NCBI GenBank assembly: GCA_050294405.1
Contig: JBNKOC010000027.1
Span: 1-64,000, forward strand
Source: Fibrobacteria bacterium
Lineage (GTDB): Bacteria; Fibrobacterota; Fibrobacteria; UBA11236; JADFYW01
DNA: 64,000 bases
Reading direction: 5' to 3'
Part shown: positions 56,161 to 64,000 of the stretch, in pieces
How positions within the stretch are numbered: position 1 is the first letter of the stretch
How the letters are laid out: each line of letters starts with the position of its first letter
Notes under the pieces: generated by a model
Databases searched by the model: none
What the model was told of the DNA's origin: nothing
The model's input: the letters and a program-made list of their open reading frames with translations, nothing else
Position numbers and translations under genes: made by a program

Positions 56161-57489
56161 TCACTTTTTCTGTCCTTTCAAATTATACCAAAAATTCTGG
56201 AACCATATTTTTGCTCCCTTAAAAAATGAGCCTTTATCGCTTGCCTCCATTTTTTTTGGCGTGGCTAAACCAACCACGGCAAAGTTATTTATAAAAACAA
56301 AGGCCCCTGCGCGAGCTGAGGTTAGGATATCCAAACGGCCATCTCCGTTTACATCCATAACACTAATTTGAGTTCCTGTACCCGCTTCTTCATCAATAAT
56401 ATGGGGAATGTAACTCGGCTCCCCCCCATCTCTACTTAACTCAAACCAGGCCAATATTGCTGGCTCATTAGGATCTGCGCCATGGGCTCCCTTGCGCTTA
56501 CCAGTAACAATATCCTTTAACCCATCCCCGTTGATATCAGCCAGGGCAAGGGCATGTAATTGGGAAAAGGCAGCCCCGTATTCATTTCCTTCCTGGGGAG
56601 TACCCATAATCATATGTTTGTCAAAACTTTCTCCGCTTCCATCCAGATTTTCAAACCAGGCTAAATCATAACCATGAGCCTGTAAACTGCTAATAACATC
56701 ATTGTCTCCATCATCATCCACATCATAAACCAGCATTTGCGCTCCGCCGGTCCCCTCTGCGGGATAACGGTTGCCGTAAAACGCAAAAGGGTGGTGTATG
56801 AACAACTCTTCTGGAGATGTATGTTCCCACCATCCATTTTTTTCCAGAATATCTTTTTTACCGTCCCCGTTAAGATCGCCAACACCCAGTCCATGGGAAG
56901 CCATTTCATAATCAACCTCTCCGGATATGGGAATAAATGGCCACCTGGTCCATGAATCCTCCGGCACCTTTCTAAAATATCCCAATTTATTGTTAAACAA
57001 ACATATTACTTCGGGAACGGTGTCGCCTGCTATATCTTCAAAGGCAGGAGACTCGTTACTTACAACAGCAGAAACATAGGATCTATTCCATTGGCGCGAA
57101 TCAGGAAAACTGTCCAACTGAGGGTTTCCATACCAATTTAAAGTATCGTCCCAGCGCTTTTGCCACAATATATCCAGCCAACCATCGTTATCTATGTCAA
57201 AAACAAAATGGAGGTAGTTATCACTGTCTCCGTTTACACTCCAGGGTGTTTCTTTGGAACGGGTATACTCTTTTTTTGTTTTAAATTCTGGACCAGGATA
57301 AATAAAAGGACCAGCAACAATATCCACATGGCCATCCTTATTGAAATCTCCCGCAGAAATGCCTTCCGAATAAAAATCCGGGTTCAATTGGACTTTTTGC
57401 CAATTGGACTGCGCCTTTATTTGGGAGCAAACAAAAAGGGATGGCAGTAAAAACAAGCTAACTATCAAATGTCGTGTATTAAACTTCAT
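56161..57489 (-). CDS. FG-GAP/VCBS repeat beta-propeller protein
   Basis: Multiple GDxNxDGxxDI repeats; signal peptide; tail WYNLKGQKK. Confidence 0.88.
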   Translation of the reverse strand: MKFNTRHLIVSLFLLPSLFVCSQIKAQSNWQKVQLNPDFYSEGISAGDFNKDGHVDIVAGPFIYPGPEFKTKKEYTRSKETPWSVNGDSDNYLHFVFDIDNDGWLDILWQKRWDDTLNWYGNPQLDSFPDSRQWNRSYVSAVVSNESPAFEDIAGDTVPEVICLFNNKLGYFRKVPEDSWTRWPFIPISGEVDYEMASHGLGVGDLNGDGKKDILEKNGWWEHTSPEELFIHHPFAFYGNRYPAEGTGGAQMLVYDVDDDGDNDVISSLQAHGYDLAWFENLDGSGESFDKHMIMGTPQEGNEYGAAFSQLHALALADINGDGLKDIVTGKRKGAHGADPNEPAILAWFELSRDGGEPSYIPHIIDEEAGTGTQISVMDVNGDGRLDILTSARAGAFVFINNFAVVGLATPKKMEASDKGSFFKGAKIWFQNFWYNLKGQKK

Positions 57490-57534
57490 TTAAGAATAGT
57501 TTAATAAATGTACTATGAAATAATTACGAATTTT

Positions 57535-57558
57535 TATGCTGCGGTCGGCCGGACTTGA
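57535..57558 (-). repeat. Copy of the tRNA-Leu 3' end (att-like direct repeat)
   Basis: tatgctgcggtcggccggacttga matches 59716-59739 tatggtgcggtcggccggacttga at 23/24 positions. Confidence 0.85.
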
Positions 57559-57664
57559 TTACAAATAAAAAAACGCAAAAATTACAGGTTTTTCCAGCTT
57601 TTAACATTAAAAGCTCCTGAGTTCCAAATCTCAGAGTTATTTTTAAGGGATAACTCTTACAATT

Positions 57665-59665
57665 GTGACCACTCAACGGAGCCATATGACAGCCATTGCT
57701 GCGATTATTTCAATAGTCATATCCTGCCTATGGGGTTGCAATCAAACAACCTCTACAGATCCGGAAACAAAGACTTGTGCCCATGACGGAGAAGCTGAAA
57801 CAGATTACCTCAACTCTATTCAATGTCCTTCTGACTTTACCCTTCTACAAGGGAAACCCTTAAATCAGATATATGGAGACATTCATTCCATTAAATTCCT
57901 TTATTCAATCCAGGATGATTCTCTTTATTTTATCAACACCAAAAAATTTTCCGGACATTATTCATTTTCCAAACAGGTTTTAGCTTACCCGAAATCAGCT
58001 AAGGACTTCAATAACGAGCAGTATTATGCAAATCCAAACCGACTTTATTTTTTGGGTTCCCTGAATTATTACATGGCGGCCGAGCTTTATACCATGGAAT
58101 TTGTGGCCGGTGATCAAATTAATGGAGAACAGATAGAACTTGTTTACAATACTCTTCTAGCACACTGCTATTTTTCAGAAAAAATTAAGTTTTATCCTAC
58201 TTCCTCCACCTTAAAAGAACAAGCTCTTCTTCAAAATGGAAAAATTCCCATTATAAGCAGTGAAGAGCTTTTTAAAGAACAAAATTACCAGGCGCTCCAC
58301 GTCTCAAAAAATTATGGTTATTTAGAAAAAATAGAAAGCGAGTCAATTGAAAATAGTTATCTCAGTCGACATAACATTGTACTTACCAACGGGGTCCCCA
58401 ATAACATCCCTGTCGTGGCCGGTATTATCACCACAGATTTTCAAACTCCCTTTTCCCATATTAATGTTCTAAGTCAAAATCGAGATACACCAAACATGGC
58501 TCTGCGCATGGGTTGGGAGGACACAACCCTAAATTCCCTTCTGGGAAAATTGGTGTATTTTGAAGTAAAACCCGATACCTTTTTAATTTATGAGGCTAGC
58601 CTTTCGGAGGCCGAAGCTTTCTGGCTGCAAAATGAACCTAGCATCGGCGTAGAGTTGGAATGTAATGACTCCACGTCAGGCTTTTTCGATATGGATTCTC
58701 TGGACTATAGAGCCTATTCCCTGGTGGGCTCCAAGGCCGCCAATTTTGCGGAACTCAAACGGATAGATGTGGACACACTAGCTCCACTTCCCGTTCCGGA
58801 AGGGGGATTTGCCATCCCGTTTTTTTATTATCGCCAACATCTTCAGGTTAATGGATTGGATACTGTTCTCACCAACATGCTTTCTGATTCAGGATTTCAA
58901 AACAATGTGGAAATTAGAAAATTAAAACTATTAGGCTTCACAACAGCAATTGAAAAGGCCCCTATCAATCCTGATTTTTTGAAAATGGTAACTGATAAAA
59001 TAAAGACCAAAAGTTCCTATACTGCAATTCGTTTCCGTTCTTCTACCAATGCCGAAGATACAGAATTTTTTAATGGTGCAGGATTATACGCTTCAAAAAC
59101 AGGCCGTTTGGAAGATCCAGATAAACCCATAGACAAAGCTATCAAAAAGGTTTGGGCCAGCCTTTGGACTTTCCGGGCTTTTGAAGAGCGGGCCTATTAC
59201 AAAATTGATCAAATGCGGGTGGCAATGGGTATTCTTGTCCATCGTTCCTTTCCGGATGAACTCGCCAATGGGGTAGCAATCACAGTTAATATTTACAATC
59301 AAAAACTACCAGGCTATACCATTAATGTACAGCAAGGCGAAACCAGCGTGGTATCACCGGAACCAGGTATCACTTGTGATCAACTTCTCTTTTATCCCTT
59401 TTATCAAAACGCTTTTGAAAACCCAGTTATTGAATACATCACACATTCCTCCCTTACAGACGGGACGTCTGTTCTTGCCGATTCGGAAGTCTTGCTGCTT
59501 TCACAATATTTATACCGTATTATTTTATGGTTTCACAACAATGTATATACTGACATCAATCCACCTGCCATAAAACCAGCTATGGACGTTGAATTTAAAT
59601 TTGACAGCCCAGATAGGAAGCTATATATCAAACAAGTCCGGCCTTACAGTTTAAAAGCAGAATAA
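57665..59665 (+). CDS. PEP/pyruvate-binding (PPDK_N ATP-grasp) domain lipoprotein
   Basis: Lipobox LWG-C; GSKAAN, RFRSSTNAED..NGAGLY, KVWASLW, DVEFK..KQVRP; phosphohistidine-like GIITT..SHINVLS. Confidence 0.82.
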   Translation: MTTQRSHMTAIAAIISIVISCLWGCNQTTSTDPETKTCAHDGEAETDYLNSIQCPSDFTLLQGKPLNQIYGDIHSIKFLYSIQDDSLYFINTKKFSGHYSFSKQVLAYPKSAKDFNNEQYYANPNRLYFLGSLNYYMAAELYTMEFVAGDQINGEQIELVYNTLLAHCYFSEKIKFYPTSSTLKEQALLQNGKIPIISSEELFKEQNYQALHVSKNYGYLEKIESESIENSYLSRHNIVLTNGVPNNIPVVAGIITTDFQTPFSHINVLSQNRDTPNMALRMGWEDTTLNSLLGKLVYFEVKPDTFLIYEASLSEAEAFWLQNEPSIGVELECNDSTSGFFDMDSLDYRAYSLVGSKAANFAELKRIDVDTLAPLPVPEGGFAIPFFYYRQHLQVNGLDTVLTNMLSDSGFQNNVEIRKLKLLGFTTAIEKAPINPDFLKMVTDKIKTKSSYTAIRFRSSTNAEDTEFFNGAGLYASKTGRLEDPDKPIDKAIKKVWASLWTFRAFEERAYYKIDQMRVAMGILVHRSFPDELANGVAITVNIYNQKLPGYTINVQQGETSVVSPEPGITCDQLLFYPFYQNAFENPVIEYITHSSLTDGTSVLADSEVLLLSQYLYRIILWFHNNVYTDINPPAIKPAMDVEFKFDSPDRKLYIKQVRPYSLKAE

Positions 59666-59717
59666 GAAGTTGTAAAGGACGGCAGATTAATCTGGAGCAA
59701 TTATGCGAAAAAGAATA

Positions 59718-59804
59718 TGGTGCGGTCGGCCGGACTTGAACCGGCACGGGAGTACTCCCACCAGCCCCTCAAGCTGGCGCGTCTACCAATTCCACCACGA
59801 CCGC
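59718..59804 (-). tRNA. tRNA-Leu (anticodon GAG)
   Basis: GCGGTCGTGGTGGAATTGGTAGACGCGCCAGCTTGAGGGGCTGG..GGTTCAAGTCCGGCCGACCGCACCA; long variable arm; encoded CCA; typical position after secG. Confidence 0.96.
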
Positions 59805-59815
59805 ATAAGTAAAAA

Positions 59816-60301
59816 CTATTCTTCGGATTCTGGCGCTGTTTCAAGGCCAGGAATAGAAGGAGCTTGCTCTGTTGCACCTTCACTTGCTGCCGGAGCCTCC
59901 CCAGCAGAGCTATTTTCCCCATCAGATTGAGCAGGAGCTTGTTGGATTCCGGGAACACCACCAACTGGGGCACTGCCAGAATTTACTCCCTCGGGAATAA
60001 CGCTGGAAAGAGATTTACGAGGTTCTAAATCGGATGAAAAACCCTGCGGGCCACTTTTTTTAACGGACAAAGCATTCAACAACAAAATCACCACAAAAGA
60101 GGCAATCGCTGTCCACTGGGTAATTTTCGTAAGCAAAGTGGCGGCAGAAGCCCCTGAAAATGCCGCGTTACTGCCCATACCTCCAAAGGCACCAGCCAAT
60201 CCGCCACCTTTATCATTTTGCACCAATACCAGCAAAATCAAAAACAGGCAAATAAGCACATGCAAAATGAGGAAAAATGGATATAAAAAATCAATACTCA
60301 T
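59816..60301 (-). CDS. secG: Preprotein translocase subunit SecG
   Basis: LVLVQNDKGGGLAGAFGG..LTKIT; follows tpiA; long acidic tail. Confidence 0.92.
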   Translation of the reverse strand: MSIDFLYPFFLILHVLICLFLILLVLVQNDKGGGLAGAFGGMGSNAAFSGASAATLLTKITQWTAIASFVVILLLNALSVKKSGPQGFSSDLEPRKSLSSVIPEGVNSGSAPVGGVPGIQQAPAQSDGENSSAGEAPAASEGATEQAPSIPGLETAPESEE

Positions 60302-60339
60302 AAGAATTTACCTCGGAAAAAGGATTTAAATCGTTCCGA

Positions 60340-61092
60340 TTAAGCCGCCTCAATAATACCTATAAAGCTATCTGCTTTCAAGGCAGCTCCACCAATGAGC
60401 CCCCCATCCACATCAGGTTGGGCGAGCAATTCTCCCGCATTTTCGGGTTTCATGCTGCCGCCGTATTGGATGCGCACTTTTTCGGCCAAATCTGCAGAAT
60501 ACATTTCCGCCAAAAGGGAACGGATAAATTTGTGCACTTCCTGAGCCTGAGCTGAAGTGGCTGTTTTTCCGGTGCCGATAGCCCAAACCGGCTCGTAGGC
60601 AATAATGGTTTTTTCGGCATCTTCAGCAGACAGACCAGCGTACGCTCCTCGAACATGATCTTCCACTACAGCTTCGGTATTATTGGATTCTCTTTCTTCC
60701 AGAGTTTCACCTACGCAAATGATGGGGGTAAGGCCTACTTCTAAAACCTTCTTGGTTTTTTTATTTACCCCTTCATTGCTTTCGTGGAAGTAAGTTCGCT
60801 GTTCTGAATGACCTAAAATAACATATTCCACTCCGGCATCTTTTAACATGGAAACAGAAACTTTTCCTGTGTATGCGCCATTGTCTTCAAAATGGCAATC
60901 CTGCGCGCCCAGTTTAACAGCTGTTCCTTTAATTGCTTCCCCTACTTTGGTAATGGATAAATAAGGAGGGCAAACCACCGCTTCTACTTTATCGTTTCCT
61001 GAAAATTTTTCAGCTACGGCTTTTGCCAAAGCCACCCCATCTTCCAGATGGGTATTCATTTTCCAGTTTCCCGCTACAACATATTTTCTCAT
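60340..61092 (-). CDS. tpiA: Triosephosphate isomerase
   Basis: AGNWKMN, GHSE, AYEPVWAIGTG, YGGS. Confidence 0.97.
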   Translation of the reverse strand: MRKYVVAGNWKMNTHLEDGVALAKAVAEKFSGNDKVEAVVCPPYLSITKVGEAIKGTAVKLGAQDCHFEDNGAYTGKVSVSMLKDAGVEYVILGHSEQRTYFHESNEGVNKKTKKVLEVGLTPIICVGETLEERESNNTEAVVEDHVRGAYAGLSAEDAEKTIIAYEPVWAIGTGKTATSAQAQEVHKFIRSLLAEMYSADLAEKVRIQYGGSMKPENAGELLAQPDVDGGLIGGAALKADSFIGIIEAA

Positions 61093-61107
61093 TCAAATCT
61101 CCTTTAA

Positions 61108-62319
61108 TCAGGCTACAGCGCCTTTGGCATCAGAAAGAGCCGCCACTCCGGGCAAAACTTTTCCTTCTAAAAATTCCAGGGAAGCTCCCCCACCAGTACT
61201 AACATGGGTCACTTTTTTATCAAGGCCCGCCATTTTAATGGCTGAAGCAGAATCACCGCCGCCAATAATTGTTGTGGCTCCATTTGCAGTGGCTTCGGCC
61301 AAAGCCTTGGCTACACTGAAAGTCCCGCTGGAAGCAGCTTCAACTTCAAAAACTCCCATGGGGCCGTTCCAAAGCACAGTTTTCGCCTTGGTAATAATAT
61401 CGGAAAAAAGTTTTTCAGACTCAGGACCAATATCCACAGATTCGGTGCTGGCAGGAATACCATCTAAAGCAACAGTTCTAACAGGGTCCATGGTTCTGGC
61501 CCCAAAGTCAAAGTTATCCGTAACTCTTAAATCAATGGGCAACTGCAGCTTATCTCCGGCCCTATCCATTAAGGCCTTGGCCAACTCCATTTTGTCATCT
61601 TCACAAAGGGATTTTCCGATTTCGTAGCCTTTGGCCTTTAAAAAAGTATATGTCATACCTCCGCCTACAATCAGCTTATCCACTCTTTCCAGCAAGGCTT
61701 CAATAACATCAATTTTGCCGGAAATTTTTGCTCCGCCAATAATCGCCACAAAGGGGCGTCCGGGATTTTCCAGGGCATTTCCTAAAAAGTCCAATTCTTT
61801 TTTCATCAAGTAGCCGCTGGCTTTTTCTTCAAATTTGTGGGTTATGCCTTCGGTGGAAGCATGGGCTCTGTGGGCTGTTCCAAAAGCATCGTTAACATAA
61901 ACTTCCGCAAGTTCGGCTAACTGACCGGCAAAAGCGGAATCATTGGCTTCTTCTTCAGCATGAAAACGCAAATTTTCCAATAGCAAAACTTCCCCTTCCT
62001 GAAGGGCGTTAGCAGCCGCTTTTGCCTTAGCTCCAACACATTCATCCACATACTTAACTGGAGAGCCCAATAGAGCTTCAAGGGCTTTGGCCACAGGAGC
62101 CATTCTCATGGAATCCACAACCTGTCCTTTCGGACGCCCTAAATGAGACATCAAAATAATTTTGGCGCCTTGTTTTTGCATGTATTGGATAGTAGGTAAG
62201 GAAGCGCGCAAACGCTTGTCGCTTTCCACAACACCGTCTTTTAAGGGCACGTTAAAATCAACGCGGGTGATTACCTTTTTGCCTTTAAGCTCAATATCTT
62301 CAATAAAAAGTTTTGCCAT
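61108..62319 (-). CDS. pgk: Phosphoglycerate kinase
   Basis: RVDFNVP, SHLGRP, DAFGTAHRAHAS, STGGGASLE. Confidence 0.97.
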   Translation of the reverse strand: MAKLFIEDIELKGKKVITRVDFNVPLKDGVVESDKRLRASLPTIQYMQKQGAKIILMSHLGRPKGQVVDSMRMAPVAKALEALLGSPVKYVDECVGAKAKAAANALQEGEVLLLENLRFHAEEEANDSAFAGQLAELAEVYVNDAFGTAHRAHASTEGITHKFEEKASGYLMKKELDFLGNALENPGRPFVAIIGGAKISGKIDVIEALLERVDKLIVGGGMTYTFLKAKGYEIGKSLCEDDKMELAKALMDRAGDKLQLPIDLRVTDNFDFGARTMDPVRTVALDGIPASTESVDIGPESEKLFSDIITKAKTVLWNGPMGVFEVEAASSGTFSVAKALAEATANGATTIIGGGDSASAIKMAGLDKKVTHVSTGGGASLEFLEGKVLPGVAALSDAKGAVA

Positions 62320-62346
62320 ATTTTTTTCCTTTTACCTTAGCCATTA

Positions 62347-62376
62347 AAAAAGGCGCCCGAGGCGCCTTTTCTTTTT
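62347..62376 (-). terminator. Hairpin between gap and pgk
   Basis: aaaaggcgcc-cga-ggcgcctttt. Confidence 0.7.
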
Positions 62377-62380
62377 AAAA

Positions 62381-63397
<1,017 letters not shown>

Positions 63398-63542
63398 TCA
63401 ATTTTTTTAAAAAATCAAAGTAAATTAGTGGGCAAATATAATAAGATGGAGAGTACACCGGCAAGCTATCTGCCCGGCTAAATTCTCTTATTGAGTAAGC
63501 TTTTTTATTTTTTATGGATAAGGTTTCAAAAAAAAGATAGAT

Positions 63543-64000
63543 ATGCTGCATATTTTAAAAAGTTCTGGTTTTTGTCTTTCTCTGAGCTTGTTGGCTCTGG
63601 CGCTTTATTCAGGCTGCGCTTCCGGGAAATCGGGCGCTAAAGTTTCAAAAAAATCAGATGTCCAAGTCGATTCCCCTGAAAGTAATTTTGTCAATTACTA
63701 CTTCATATCCGATAGCAATTTGGCTTTGGAAGCCGCAGATACTGTATGGCAAATCCCAGAGGGTTCCCAACTTATGGATAAAACCTGTTTTTCTTTGGGA
63801 GTATGCCTCAATAACAATACAGACAGTTGGGTGGCTGTTCCCAATGAAGAATCAGACCAGGGCATCCCTCAATTTACAGCTGTATCCAGAAAAAATCCCA
63901 ACATGCGGCTCCGGGTATTTGATTTTACACTTGCAGAAAATTTTACCAAAGCCTCAGACTCCAATGAAAAGTACCCGCTTGACTCTTTATTCTCCTATCT
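63543..64000 (+). CDS. Lipoprotein, truncated by the window end
   Basis: Not in the ORF track. ATG at 63543: MLHILKSSGFCLSLSLLALALYSG-C.., open to base 64000. Confidence 0.7.
   Translation, partial: MLHILKSSGFCLSLSLLALALYSGCASGKSGAKVSKKSDVQVDSPESNFVNYYFISDSNLALEAADTVWQIPEGSQLMDKTCFSLGVCLNNNTDSWVAVPNEESDQGIPQFTAVSRKNPNMRLRVFDFTLAENFTKASDSNEKYPLDSLFSY

Larger units (their letters stand above)
57535..59739. mobile_element. tRNA-anchored genomic islet (no integrase)
   Basis: Bounded by the 24-bp direct repeat; contains a single gene. Confidence 0.65.

Noticed and set aside
57665..59665. ppsA/ppdK assignment
   Set aside because: Lacks the C-terminal PEP/pyruvate barrel, has reversed domain order and a lipoprotein signal.
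59701..59973. ORFs 59701..59973 (-) and 59703..59930 (+)
   Set aside because: Shadow ORFs over tRNA-Leu and secG.

Overview
A 64 kb AT-rich bacterial chromosomal window, most likely from a free-living Fibrobacterota-like (FCB group) polysaccharide degrader. That taxonomy is inferred from the protein repertoire, not established. Left end (1-6.4 kb): the probable end of an insertion sequence with an unlisted transposase-like N-terminus, a large low-GC secreted beta-helix/LamG protein, and two divergent lipoproteins separated by a triple direct repeat, next to an orphan ECF sigma factor. 6.7-22 kb: secreted enzymes (GH10 xylanase, beta-helix protein, PQQ-type sugar dehydrogenase, lectin-like protein), carboxynorspermidine genes, a PTOX/AOX-like di-iron oxidase and a GGDEF protein. 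22-41 kb: one co-directional minus-strand block in which a 9-gene envelope machine runs into mreBCD-mrdA-rodA-comF. The machine comprises a beta-helix/TSP3/OmpA protein, a PorV/FadL-like barrel fused to TPRs, a giant TPR protein, ExbB/AglR, two ExbD/AglQS, a TonB/GltG-like protein, a second barrel and a lipoprotein. This is the best candidate for an under-described system (secretion, gliding or polysaccharide uptake). 41-57 kb: oppABC, a small Hc1-like protein, psd, an M20 amidohydrolase, mtnD, a PL1 pectate lyase, two esterases, a second sugar dehydrogenase and an FG-GAP protein. 57.5-59.8 kb: a 2.2 kb integrase-less islet bounded by a duplication of the tRNA-Leu(GAG) 3' end, carrying one exported dikinase-like lipoprotein. 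The window ends with gap-pgk-tpiA-secG-tRNA-Leu and a truncated lipoprotein. All family assignments come from motif recognition by eye; no database searches were run.
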